Shown here: in pieces, positions 24,341 to 38,300 of the stretch
How positions within the stretch are numbered: the stretch's first letter is position 1
Layout: every line of letters starts with the position of its first letter
NCBI GenBank assembly: GCA_050084985.1
Contig: JBITNC010000001.1
Coordinates: 215,884,001 to 215,948,000, forward strand
Reading direction: 5' to 3'
Origin: Nageia nagi
Taxonomy: Eukaryota; Plantae; Pinophyta
Length of the DNA: 64,000 nt
Notes under the pieces: model-generated
What the model saw: only the letters and a program-made list of their open reading frames with translations
What the model was told of the DNA's origin: nothing
Database searches by the model: none
Program-made: the position numbers and the translations under genes

Positions 24341-25850
24341 ATCTTTCCACACGTCTCCACATAGAGATTGGTTTGTCAAATATCAATCCTATAGTGGCTA
24401 GATAATCTACTTGGGTGATAATCATACTTTAGAAATTGTGGGAAAAGGAGACATTAGGATTAGGCTAAACGATGGTAGAGAAAAGATGTTGTGTAATGTA
24501 CAACATGTGCTTCGTTTGTGAAAGAATTTTCTCTCCATCAAGATGATGGATAAGCTTGGGTATCTTGTTGCTTTTGGTAATAATTCTTGTAGAAGGACCA
24601 AAGGAGCCTTAGTGGTAACAAAAGGAGAATCTTATGGGACCCTCTATCATTTGTGTGGCAATACGGTAACAAACCATGCAACAACAACTTATGATAATGT
24701 TCAAGATACAATAATATTTTCAGGGATTAAGTCTTGTAATTTAGACTTGTGTGAGCATTGTATTGTTGGTAAACAAAAGAGGGTTCGGTTTATTACATGG
24801 ACTGGTAAGAGTTGTGTTTTTCTCGACTATGGAGATATAGTAAAGGAGAATAGATTGTGAGTTCCTACTATCCACTTGGGATGTTATTATTAATGCAAAA
24901 TCCATGCAAAGGAAGGAGAAACAACAAACACTTAAGGTTGTGTCTGTTGAAGAAAATATGAACAAGAATGAAAGTGAATATAAAGCTTGTTTGGTGGGAA
25001 AAGATTATGTGCAAAAGTCAGGTAGGGACTTTAATGAAATCTTTTCACCAATTGTAAAGCTAACTACTATTAAAGTTTTACTTGCAACACAAAATTTAAT
25101 GTGGAGCAACTTGATGTTAAAACTACTTTCTTGGATGATGATCTTGAGAAAGAGATTTTTTATGGATCAGCCAAAGGGCCATGAAGAAAGAGGCAAAGAG
25201 AACGAGAAATCTTTGTATGTTTGGAAACAAGCACCAAGCATGTGGTACAAAAAATTTGACACCTTCGTGAAGAGCCAAAGTTTCAGCAGAAGTGAAGCTA
25301 ACCATTGTGCATATTATAAGAGGTTTGATGATTATAATTTCATTATTTTGTTGTTGTATGTCGATGATATGATAGTTGCATGCCCTAACATGAAGAAAAT
25401 AAATGATCTCAAGCCTCAACTAGTTAGGACATCCGATATAAAGGATTTAGGAGCGACAAACCTAATTCTAAGGATGAGCATACACAGGGACATAATAGAA
25501 AAGAAGATTTGGTTAAGTCAAAAGTCATATGAAGAAACAATTCTATAGCACTTCAATATGCACAATGCAAAACAAGTTACTACACCACTTCCTCCACACG
25601 TTAGATTGCCTTATGAAAAGAGTCCTAGTATAGAAGCAGAGAAGACAAGGATGTTTTGTGTATCGAGCTCATCGACGGTAGGAAGCCTCATGTTCACCAT
25701 GGTGAGCACCAAATCGAACATCACCCAAGAAGTGGAAGTTGTTAGCCAATTGATGGTGAATCTTGGTAGGGAGCATTGGACTGCAATGAAGTGGATATTC
25801 AAACACTTAAGGGGCACTTTGAATGTTGTTATTTACTATGGAGAGAAGTT

Positions 25851-27350
25851 TGATTGGTGCATAATTTCTCGGATCTTGTTTAAAACATAATGAAGGCAAC
25901 ATTAGGCAAGTATTAGGCAATTAGCTAATCCGTAAACCCGACTTCAAGATTTATTTTGGATCTCACACTTTATTCATTTTAGTGCTTGCGGAAAAAAAAA
26001 TGCACACCCATATCAAACATATAAAAAGAAATGCACACATAGTTACCCTGGTTCGATCGATGTGGTCTACATCCAACAAATAGCAATCCATTATTGTAGG
26101 TACATTTTTACAATGTCGCTTGAATGATCCTTCTTGCTTCACTCTTTTATTTGTCGAAGCCGAATCACTCGATCATTGTAGGCCGCTACTAAATCCCTTT
26201 CTTGAAGACGACTCTCTTCTCAACAAGAGCCCATAAGCATAATCTCATGTCTCTATCCCCGGGTTGACATATTTAAAACTACTCTCTGTCTCCTTCTTTG
26301 CATCATGGTGATTATATCGTCCACTTCTTTCTCCATGGAAATGATCTCATCCATGCTTTTCTTCTTCTTTGGCAATGATTTTGTCCATTGTTTTCTTACC
26401 ATCCATGGCTATGATTTCGTCTATGGTCTTCTTTTTTTTTCAAAGATATTTACGAACATAATGTGACTTCCACACACACTTGGAGTTTTGTACACACACA
26501 CTAACACATTCTCCCCTTGGGAGGAATTCCACTAAAGGGGACTTAATAATTCCATTCTCCATGCTCTTTTTTATAACATTAAGGGATTACAATTTTTGGA
26601 GAATTTGGTTACAAATAATATCCCACTTATTTTGGTATTTTTCTCTCTTTTAAAATATGCTCTCTCACCCTCTCCATATTCTCCCTCTTTTACAATTCCT
26701 GTAACATTGTTTTAACTTCATATGGTTATATTCTCCTTTTTTTTGGATTTTACAAAACTGTCAAAACTATTTCTGGTGCCATTTTTTCATGACCATATTT
26801 CAAAATGTCACGAGATTTAATCCAAGTGTTGTTGGATATATGTAGCTTAACTGGTCCAAATTTCGCGCGTTAACTTCTTAATGGTAGCTCCCAACATCGT
26901 CATCAAGTTGGTCTCCAACACAGATTTGCACTTGACAGCTGTCAAAATTTGACTAAGTCATGAATGCAGAATGAAAATTTACCATTTGTGAGTGCCATAA
27001 CTTTCAAGTCTTTAATCCAAATGCCTTCAAATTTTAACCACATGTTCACCATAATACGAGGTACCAATGATTCAAATTTCAAGCTATGAATCAACCGAAG
27101 CTGCTCCTGATGAGTCCGCCAATAGAGCTTTCCATGCATATTTTGCATTTTTTTTATATTTAACTTCAAATTTTGAAAAACCATAGCTCCATTTTCTTCG
27201 TCCTTTGAAGCATTGGAATCGTAGAAGAGAGCTCTTTAATATGGAAGAGAACAACCAAATTAGAAACTTGAAAAATCACTTTGTTTACGACTCCAAAATC
27301 TATTTCAAATTAATAGCACTTGGATGAGAATCATAGGCAAAGAATTCTTG
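25851..27350 (-). mobile_element. LTR retrotransposon fragment (3' LTR about 25851-26508 with PPT and non-coding internal DNA)
   Basis: Minus-strand PPT CAAGGGGAGAA followed by TG at 26508, ending ...CCAATCA. It interrupts the copia RT/RNase H. Right boundary uncertain. Confidence 0.55.
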
Positions 27351-28029
27351 AATATCAACTTCAAGTGGGATAATGTTAGGAAGTAAAGTCAATATCCACA
27401 TCTCCAATGTTCCATGGCAAAGTAGTGTACATTATTCTATTAATAGATGTATTGTTGTTCTATTATTAAATGTACTATTATTTTATTAATAGATATACAG
27501 TTGTTCTATTAATAAATGTACAATTATTCTATTATTAGATGTATTATTGTTTTATTAATAAATGCACTATTAACAGATGTATAGTTATTCTATTATTAGA
27601 CGCATTATAAATAAACGCTCTATTAATAAACACTATCTTTAGATAGTTTACTTTGTTTTCTATAAAGAGAGAATGACCCCTTGAAATTGATAGAGCATAA
27701 GAAAAGTGTAATGTTCTCTGAGATTGATAAAATATCGAAGCTGCCTTTTACCCTATGGTTTTTCCTAGCATACAACAAGGTTTTCCACATTAAGCTTTTA
27801 TGTTATTTCTGGTTAATATTTATGTTGTTGTTGTTGCAATTTGCTTGTTGAGTTCTAACCAGTGTATAAAAATTCAAGTTTGAAAAAAAAAGACTCTAGG
27901 CCAAATTTTAAAAAATGGAAAAAAACAAAGAAGAAACGGGAAAAATAGGAAAAAAAGAAATAATCACAAAGAGGAATATTTCAAAAGGGGAATATGACAT
28001 TTAAATGAGAATACTAGGGGGGGGGAACA

Positions 28030-29900
28030 ATGCGAACCCATCTCCCTTTACGATACAACGTACAAGCTGGTGACAAAGCTCATAGCTAGTAGATTGAACG
28101 TGATTATTAGCGAACTCCCAATTGATGAATAGAGTGGTTTCTTAAAAAGAAAGCAGATTCTAAATGGAATTCTAATTGCTCATGAAGTTGTTCACTCTCT
28201 CAACTCTCATAAAGAGGCAAGTATATTGATGAAACTGGCCATCCAAAACAATTATGATTTGATTTGGAATTTCTTTTAAAAGTTCTAAAATGATTTGGCT
28301 TCATGAATGAATGGTGTGATCAGTTAGCGTTTGATGTGGTTGGGTAGGAAGCTTCTTTTATGGGGCTTTCATTTTGTCCTAATCAAAGGAAAAACAATCA
28401 AATTCTTCCCTTCCTCTAGGGGTTTATGGTAAGGAGAACCCTTATTACCGCTTCCTTCTATTTTTACAAATGAGCATTTAGGCAGGACTTTGGCAAAAAA
28501 ATGGCAAACAAGAAGAAGGTCAAGAATCAATATCATTAATGAAGTGCCTAATCAACTTTGCCTCCATTTTGTCTATGATACCCTTCCGTCAAGGTCCCTT
28601 CTTTTCAAGAAGTAGGAGCATATGCAAAAACATTGTAAGATTATAAGATGTTAAAGAAAAGAATTAACAATGATAAATCTATGGCTTTCTCTTAAATGTC
28701 AAGCATTCAAAAAAAGACAAAAATCAAAGCTCTCATAGGTTTTTCTAAGAAGACTCTCCGAAACTCCTATTTTGGATGTGCCTTTAATTAATGGACCAAT
28801 TAGAGAGGTCCTCTAGAAGCCTTTGATCAACACACTAAAATCCAAACTAGCCTCTTGGAAGACTAAATGGTTGCCTCTAAAAGGAAGAATCCAACTCCTA
28901 AAATTGGTCATTCAATCTCTTCTGTTGAGTTTTTCCCTTTTTTGTAGATTTAGATGTTGAGGAAAGTACATTGATCCATAATACTTCAATTCAGAAAAAT
29001 GACTATCCAGCTAAGAAAATTTGGACTCAATAGAGATTCCCCAATATCAATGTTTGGCTGTGGCTGGTTGTGAAGAGTAAGATCATGACAATGATAAAAA
29101 AAAAGCAAGAAAGTGGAAAAAAGTGTCAATGTGTTAAATCTGCTGGAACAATAAGGAAACATATTTCCATTTAGTTCTTCATTGTCCTGTAGCTTGGAGA
29201 ATCTAGAATTAGTTCCTTAACAATATGAGATTTCAATGGTGCATATCAAAGAATATGGAGGAAGTTTTAAAATGCAGGACTCAGCCTTTCAAATCCTCTA
29301 TAGTCCAAATGAATTGGAGACTAGGGCCAGGGGTAATCGGCTGGAATATTTGGCTAAAAAGAAACTGTGGAATCTTCAAAAGCAAAAAATGTTGAGATTT
29401 GGGGAATCATCAGCAAAATTAAGAAGATAATTTGTGAGGGTATCCACATCTAGGGCAAAAAAGGATAAGAAGGTCCATACCCAGATAAGGAAATCTTTTC
29501 TAGATATAACTTTGTCTCCCTTGCATGGGGGGCAGCTTGGGCCAAGACTGGGAAGAAATATAGGAAATACCAAAGGAAGGGTGTATGAAAATCAATTTTG
29601 ACAGCACTTAAAAAGGAAATCCAAGCAAGTGAGGAGGTGTCATTATGATCAAGGATGACAGAGGTGAAGGCATCATTGCTTTTTGACAATGATAGGGATA
29701 GGTAACTAACAATAAAGAAAAAGATTTGGTAGGATAAGTGCTTTTCATCTCATTTGCCAGTATAATTGGAAGAATGTATAGGGGAGATGCTCAAATAGTA
29801 ATATCAATGCTCAGAAAACTTCAGCTAGATAATTCAGAGCTTCTAGATATCCGGAAGGACATGGAGGACATGGAGATTCAGGTTGGTGAGAAGCGTAAAG
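28030..29900 (+). mobile_element. Degraded L1 LINE ORF2 (RT plus plant-type RNase H)
   Basis: YKLVTKLIASRL, SGFLKRKQILNGILIAHEVVHSL, KLASWKTKWL..KGRIQL. RNase H remnants EGCMKINFDST.KGNP and GDAQIVISML. Confidence 0.8.
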
Positions 29901-30740
29901 AAGTTATAAATGTGAGACGGGATTACAAACTGGATGGCAAACCAAGGGGTGCTCATCTCCATAGGTTCTCTACAGAAAATCTTTAATAAGGACTTAAGTT
30001 ATGAATGAATTAATGGATTCCATACAGGGTTACTTCTTGTGAAATATATAGGATTATGCATATGAATGGGTTGATGTGCAGGCTGATATGTTGCAATATG
30101 AATATACTAGTTGGGCTTTTTTTTAAACAGTAAATATCATATATGGATCCGACCCCCAAAAGAAACAGGTGAATATTACGAAATACAAAATAAAGCTTGG
30201 AGGATCACAAATGTGGGCAAACCTTTGGAAATCTAGATTACGAATTTTCACTAGATCCCAAAATGTGGCAAAGGCAGAATAACCAAAAGCTGCAATGGCA
30301 TGAAGCATGGAAGAAGATTATGCATTCTTATTTCAAAAATTTGTATGATGAGATTGATGTAACAGGATACTTGATGACATACGTGAATTCACCTTACTCG
30401 GCGTATTTAAGCTATTACCTAATGTATAGGATGAGTATTTATAATGAATAAGATTGTCAATTGACGGATTTGAAGATATAATTTACTTACATAACAAGGA
30501 GTTTTGTTGTCAGTCTGCCTTTTCTCATCCTTTGCTAACATCTACATTCTCGTATTCATCTTAAAGTAGTCAGTTATATTCCTATACTATTGCACCTCTC
30601 TCTGAAGCTTTTCAACACTGTAAGAACATGAAGGGCAAATCTACTAGAGACCAACATAAAGAGACTGTGCTGCATTGAAGACTTATATAATTGAACAGTT
30701 GGAGAACCATGAATTCGTTAACTAGAGAGAGTAAACCCAC

Positions 30741-30756
30741 CGTTGTTATCTTCCAT
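30741..30756 (-). CDS. Exon 1 coding part (ATG GAA GAT AAC AAC G; MEDNN) of the same host gene
   Basis: ATG within a GC-richer non-repetitive island, followed by G|gtgggt. Phase 1 joins exon 2 as MEDNNAYPASS; this family begins with a similarly short MD/ME-N segment. Confidence 0.65.
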
Positions 30757-31000
30757 TGAAAACTCCCCCGTATCGACTATTTTCCAACCACAGCACCTTC
30801 ACTCCACTAAGCCAAGCCGAAACCCTCCCCGAAACAAACCCTTGGAAGGAGCACCTGCGGGGCCAGTCAGGATGCTGTCCCACCGCCAATTCCCCGTTGC
30901 CCTTATCTAAGTACACACACAGCTATTACTCAACTAGAGCGTTTGAGGTAGCACTGCACTGCACTCGCTTCCGAACTCCAACCACTTTGAAATATATTTG
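30757..31000 (-). promoter_or_regulatory. Probable 5'-UTR / core promoter of the host gene
   Basis: CpG-retaining, GC-richer unique island next to the ATG, flanked by very AT-rich DNA. TATA-like ATATATTT near 30991-30998 on the minus strand. Confidence 0.5.
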
Positions 31001-32374
31001 TTTATTTTTGCTCTCATGATTACCATTTCCTTTCTACATATATTACTTTGGGACATCGAATGCATTGAATTTTAGAATATTACTTATAATCTATTGTGAT
31101 TTTCTTAGATTGCTATAATGAGGTTATGAGGTTTATGAATTTGGTCTTTATGTAGATAAGAATAAGAAAAATTAACAACGTTACAAGTTCAATTCATAAT
31201 TGGTAGTAAGTTAAAAGAAGATGATAAATACGAAGAATAAAGGTTTTTAGAATGTATGAGTAATTTTCAGATTGTGTGAATTTTTTTTGTCTTTAATGTT
31301 TAAGATGAGATATTTTTATAGTATTTTTTAAATAAATTTAAATTTTAAGTTTTTTTAATTTAAAAAAATTGTTTTATTGATTAAGATATATTTATGTTAA
31401 TTGTAAAATTAATAAAAATCATATTGAAATAAGAAAAATAATCTCTTGTGAAATTAAAATATAGTAAAGTTATTCTTTTATATATTTACATTTATATATA
31501 TAACTTTTTGCATTATGGTATATTACGTATTTAAAATATTATTTTAATGTATTTTTGTGGTATAAAGATTTATTTCATAGTTGATGAGATACAATTTAAA
31601 ATATATCGAGCAATAAAATAGTATTTAAAGATCATATAAAAAGAATGTCAATTATTATTTATAATAGGCATATATAAATACATAATAAAACAAAGAAAAT
31701 ATTAAGTAAACATGATACTCTTGAAAATAAGTATTCAACATTATTGATTTCAAGAACAATTGATTTGTAAATCTTTATTAGCTATGTTAATATAAAGATT
31801 ATCATATACAAATTTCTTAACTTAATCTTTAATGCCTATTTAATGTATCTTTGTGATTTAAAACATCGACATTATTGTTAAAATAAAGATACCAACAGTA
31901 AACAATAAGCAAATCCATAGCATAAAGACATAAAGATTTACACTAGTTCACCCAATGTGGGCTAGTCCAGCTTGTTTGATCTTTGATTAATGTCTTGGGT
32001 CATAAGAGAAATACAAGTACAATAGTTTTATGAAAATTTATAATGCCTCCACATCTTGCAACTTCTACTATTGATTGTCTAATCTCTTCTACAACCTCTC
32101 TACAGTCTCTAATGGCTTCTTCTTGCAGGTTCACAACTAGAAAGAACCACAAAATTATCTACGACATCAATTAAACTCACCTAACTCTCCCTTGAGATGG
32201 CTAAGAATAATATATAAAGTAAAATTGACACCTATTAGAATACAAATAGTTTCTTAAACTTCCCAAATGATTAGGAAATGACTCAAACTACTCCAACTTC
32301 CTTTGCAACAACTATGTCCTCTCATTGTTGGCATTGGCTAACATGGTTAAGTAGTTGAAATGACACACATTTTT

Positions 32375-35300
32375 TGAAGACTATCAAAGCATAACCACAA
32401 CTTAAATGCACATAAAACTCCCAAGTTTTTGCTTACTATTTTACCTTTCATGTCTTTGTCTGAGAACTGATACACTACAAATCGGTTAGGAAATTATTGA
32501 GTAGTTCTATTTTTTACATTTTTTGAATAAAGCTTTATCTCTTCGTTTCTTTCTTTGTGAGTAGAATATGAAATGAATAGTCTGGTCATTCTCGACCTGT
32601 TGAATGTATATATTTTTTATTCAAAGATATTTAGACATTTGGAGTGTATTTTAATAAAGTTTATGCAAATTTGTTAGGTGTTTATGAAACTATGAAACTT
32701 CATTGTTGAATGCATTCTTATCTTGAGTTGCAAAACTATATTTACCATTGAATTTCTTGTGCAATTCATTTGTTTATTTGTATTAAAATACTTCATTTAG
32801 TATCAAAGTTTTTTTGGATCAACTTGGGTTCAAGAAGTTTATCCAAGAAGAAGAAGAAGAAGACATGGTAAGAAACTCAAACATAATCCCAATTCCAAAT
32901 TTTTATGGGAGTGAATATGAATATTGGAGTATCCGAATGAAGACTCTCCTAAAGGAAAGAGGTTACTAGGATATTGTAGAATCTAACTACAGTGATCCCA
33001 CAGACTCGAATGCTTTGAGTGTAGATGCAAAGGAGAAAGAGAAGGAAAACTTAATGACTCTTTCTTTCATCCAAGTAGCTTTGGATGAGAGCATTTTTTC
33101 AAGAATATGAACATGTATTTTTGCCTAATAAAGCATGGGAAACATTGAGAGAAGGCTATCAAAGGAGCTTGAAGGGGAAAGAAGTGAAGCTCCAAACATC
33201 GAGAAGAGAGTTTGAAAATCTGAAACAAGAAGAAAATGAGAATGCTAGAGATTATTATGTGAGAGTGAAAGTCATAATCAATAAAATAGCCACTTTAAGA
33301 GAAAATTTTGAGAATGAAGTTTTCATCAAGAAAGTCTTGAGGTCTTTGATAAAAAATATGATATTGTTACACTCATAATTGAGGAGATAAAAGATCTTTC
33401 AACCATGGAAATTGATCATTTGATTAGCTTTCTTACATCACATGAAGAAAGAGTTCTCAAAAGATCAAAAATAGTAGTAAATACAAGTTATGAACAAGCA
33501 TTTTATATCAAAGAAAATGAAGGGAAAGGAAGAGGACAAGGTAGAGGCTCAAGAGGAAGAGGAAGATCTAGAAGAGGTGGCAGAAGAGGCACATAATAAA
33601 CTTTTGAAAGTGAATAAGCTTATTCTTCAAAGGGGAGACACTATAGAAGAGGAAGAGGTAAAGATAAAATAAATTTCCAATGCTATTATTGTAATAAATT
33701 TGTTCATTTTGAGAGTGAGTGTAAATTAAAGAAATTAAATGAAGGCAAATTTTCCTACTATGGAGAAGAAGAACAAGTATATGAAGTAGAATATTTATCC
33801 CTCTCAATTGCAAGTCCCCAAAACCTTCAAAATAAGACATGGCTCTTGGATATTGGCTGCATAAACCACATGATAGGTGAACAATCCTTACTTTGTACAC
33901 TTGATTACTCTTATAAGTCAACTGTGAAGTTAGGAGATGAGAAAATCTTAGAGATTATTGGTAAAGGAGAAATGCAAGTGCCAATAAAGAAGGTAACCAT
34001 GAAGATAATGGATATTTATTATGCTTTGGATTTAAAGCAAAGTTTGTTGAGTATTGGCTAAATGCTTGAGAAGATTTATAAATTGGTGTTTAAAGATAGA
34101 ATGTGCAAAATATATGATAAAGACTATGGTAGAATACTTTTTACTACTATTCCAATAACTATAAATAGACTTTTTCTAGTGAAGTTTCTTGAGAAGGATG
34201 AATGTAAAGAGTGCCTTTCTTAATGGGTACATTTATGAAGAAGTGTATGTAGCTCAACCTCAAGTCTTTGAGGTTAAAGGAAAAGAAAACCAAGTGTACA
34301 AGCTCAAGAATGCATTGTATGGGTTGAAGCAAGCTCCAAGAGCTTGGTACACAAGAACAGATGGATATTTCAAAAGTGTGGGCTTCAAAAGAAGTGTAAA
34401 TGAGTCTACCTTGTATTTTTAAAAAGGTGTATTTAATATTTTGATTATTTATTTATATGTAGATGATTTGATCTTCATGGGTAGCAATGGAAAGATAAAT
34501 GAAGCATTCAAAAGTCAAATGATAGCTAAGTTGAAATGGAGGACCTTGGTTTGATTAGTTAATTTCTTAGATTATAGGTGCATCAAATAAATGAAGATAT
34601 ATTTATGTACCATTAATCAAAATATGCACATTACATGTTGAAGAAATTTGGAACGGAGAATTACACTCATGTTCTAACTCCCATAGCCCATGGATAACAC
34701 CTTTACAAAGAAGATGGAGCACCTAAGGTAAACAAGAAGGAGTATAGAAGCCTTATTGGAAGTATTATGTTTCTAACAAATGTAAGACCAAATTTGTAAT
34801 TCAGTATTTCATTAATTGCAAGATACATGAGTGATCCATACATTATTTATATAAAAGAAGCCAAGAGAATACTCAAGAATATCAAGGGGAGACATAATTT
34901 TGGAATACATTACTCATGTAATTCCAAGTTCAAGCTCACAAGTTTCAATGATAGTGATTGGGGCAATGATATAGATGATAGAAAGAGAACAAGTAGGAAC
35001 TACTTCTCTCAATCGGGTTTGTATCATGGATCTCTAGAAAATAATCCATTATGGCTCTTTAAGGTACTGAAGTTGAGTATGTTGCAGTGAAAAGTGCATC
35101 AACACAAGCACTGTGGTTGAGAAAGGTGTTGAAGGAAAATGGAGAGAAATAAAAGGGACCAACTTTAATTTTTTTGACAACCAAAGTGCCATCAAGTTGG
35201 CATAAAATTCTATCCATCATTCCAGAACCAAGAACTTTGATTTCAAGACTCATTTCATTAGGAGGGTAAGTTACATTGAGGTATTAATCAACTCAAGATT

Positions 35301-38300
35301 AAGTTGCATATATCTTTGCTAAAGTGATGGCTAAACCTTAATTTTTGTTGTTAAAATACCTGATTGTTGGACCTCTTACTAGCAAGGGGGAGTATGAATA
35401 CTATCAAAGTATAACCATAACTTAAACATACTTAAAACTCCCAAGTTTGTACTTACTACTTTACCTTGCACGTCTCTATCTAAGAATCAATACATTGCAG
35501 ACCGATTAGGAAATCGACCAACTGGTTAATCAATCAACCTATTGATTGAAGAGTTTCATAATGTAAACAAACCTTAATTATACTCAAAATTCCAAATTCC
35601 ATGCTTACTATTTTATCTTTCAGGTATAGACTATGAGTCGATGCCTCGCAAATCGTTTGTGTAACTAGCCAATCCAATTAGACCTTTAGAACCAACATAT
35701 CAGCTAGTCAACTGATCTATCGACAAGTACTAAATACTACATTTTTAAAAAAGTTATTTTATCTTCATTTTTTACCTCATTTTTAGCTTTATAAAGGAAT
35801 ATGAAATGAACAACTAAGGTCACCCATGACTTATGAATTGTATTTATTCCTTATTCTAAATTGTAATGAATGTTGGAGTGTGTTCTCAAGTTCAATAACA
35901 TGTTCATTAGTGTTGTGTGAAATTTTGAGTTATTTTATGTCCATTGATGAATGCATTCTTTTCCATTTGAGTTTTAGAATACTTTTGCCATCTACTTGCT
36001 TGAGTAATTCAATTATCTATTTATTCTAATTAACATCATTGGGTATCAGAGATTTGTCAAATTAGATTGGGTTCAAGGATTTGTCTAGGAAGATAAGAGA
36101 AGAAATGGAAGCAATTAAAATACAATTCCCATTCTAAAGTTTGATGGGAGTGATTATGAGTACTGAAGTGTCTGGATGAAGACCATCCTGAAGGGAAGAG
36201 GCTACTAGGATATTGTAGAGGCTAGCTATAATGATCCTATTGATTGGAGCGCCTTGAGTGCAAATGCAAAGGAGAAAGAGAAGAAAACCTCCATGGCTCT
36301 CTCTTTCATCCAAGAAGCTCCAAAAAAGAGCATTTTTTCTAGAATCTTAGCTTGTATCTTAGCCTAAGAAGCAAGCTTGAAGGTGAAAGAGGTGAAACTC
36401 CAAACATTGAGAGGGGAGTTTGAAAATTTGAAGCAAGAAGAGAAGGATATTGCTAGAGATTACTATGTAAGAGTGAAATCCATTATCAATAAAATGACCA
36501 CTCTTAGAGATATGATAAAGGAGGTTATCATCAAGAATATTTTGAGAACCTTAAGTGAGAAGTATGATACTACTACACTCATTATTGAAGAAACAAAGGA
36601 CCTCTCAACCATGGATATTGATAATTTAATTGGCTCTCTTACATCTCATAAAGAGAGATTTTTTAAGAGAGCAAATATAGTAGTAATCAAGAGTTATGAG
36701 AAAGCATTCTCCCTCAAAGAGAATGAAGGATAAGGAAGAGGACAAGGTAGAGGTTCAAGAGAAGAGATAGATCCAAAAGAGGAGGAAGAAGAGGCTATTT
36801 TAGAAGAGGAAGAGGAAGAGAATAAAGTACAAAAGATGAACCAACATATGCATCAAGGAGGAGAAATTTTAAAAGAGGAGGAAGAGGTAAAGATAAGAGA
36901 AAATTGTAATGTTTTTTATTGGAATAAATTTGACCATTTTGAGCATGAGTGTAGATTGAAACAAGTTAATGAAGGTAAATCAACCCACTATGAAGAAGAA
37001 GAGCATGGATATGGTGAAGAATAATTATTTCTTTCAATTAAAATCCCATAAAATCTTGAAGATGAGACTTGACTCTTTAATTGTGGCTACACAAAGCACA
37101 TGACCAGTGAATAGTCTCTACCCTCTTCAATTGATCTCTCTTACAAGTCAATTGTGAGAATAGGAGATGAGAAGAGCTTGAATATTTTTGGCAAAGGAGA
37201 GATGCAAGTTCTAACCAAGAAGGAAACTATAAAGGTGAAAGATATCTATTATGATATAGATTTGAAACAAAGTCTATTGAGCATTGGTCAAATGTTAAAA
37301 AAGAACTACAAATTGGTGTTTGAGGATAACATGTGCAAAATTTATGATAAAAATCATGATGGGAGGCTTGTTACTATTTTTCGCATAATTGCAAATAAAC
37401 TCTTTCTAGTGAAGTTTCTTAAGAAGGATAGAGGCTTTGTATTTGTGGTAATTGAAGATAAAAAATGCACTTTGGCATATGAGGCTTGGGTACTTGAATT
37501 TTTAGAGTTTGAAAACTATTCCATCAATGGTGAGAGGTTTACCACAAGTAAAAGATTGTATTTAAAGATGTGTGCAAAGGATGTGTACTTGAAAAGTAAG
37601 TAAGGACCAATTTTCCAAAGGAAGAATATGGATAGCCAAACAACCTCTCCAATTGGTCCATTCCTAATTTGTGGACATATGCAATCTCAAAGCTTTAGTA
37701 AATACTCTTACTTTCACACTTTCATTGATGATTTTCATAGAATGTGTTGGGCTTACTTCATTAAGAGCCAGGATGAAGTATTTAACTATTTTAAGGAGTT
37801 CAAAACTTTTGTTGAGAAGCAAAGTTGATATAATGTGAAGTGGTAGAGGAGTAGACTATTATAGCAATGAATTCTTTTAGTATTGCAAAGAGAATGGAAT
37901 TAGGAGTCACCTCACCTCTCCCCACACACCACAACAAAGTGTTGTAGTAGAAAGGAAAAATAGGATATTAGTTGAGATGGTTAGAAGTATGATACAAAGC
38001 AAGAAACTATCTAATAATTTTTGGGCTAATGTAGTGAGAACAACTGTGTATATTTTGGACATGTCTCCTACAAGAAGCTTGGATAAAATCACTCCTAATG
38101 AAGCTTGGTTTGAGAGGAAACCAAATTTGCAACACTTGAGAGTGTTTGGTTGTCTTGCATATGTGCATATAAATTATGAAAAGAGGAGAAAGTTGGATAC
38201 CAAATATGAGGCTTGTGTGTTTATAGGATATTATGAGCATTCAAAAGCTTATAAATTTTATAGTCCCAAGACTCACAAGATAATTATTTCTAGATATGCC

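Larger units (their letters stand above)
22575..27861 (+). mobile_element. Degraded Ty1/copia element (gag-PR-partial IN-RT, PPT and 3' LTR 27374-27861)
   Basis: Zinc knuckle WHCGKPRHLKKDCW, protease-like WFLDLGESFHMS, CEHCIVGKQKRV, RT DFNEIFSPIVKL and LLLYVDDMIVA. PPT caagtgggataa then TGTTAGG. 5' LTR not found. Confidence 0.8.

Noticed and set aside
29000-30450. Endogenous pararetrovirus
   Set aside because: The recognisable motifs are LINE RNase H; no caulimovirid movement protein, coat or RT signature was seen.
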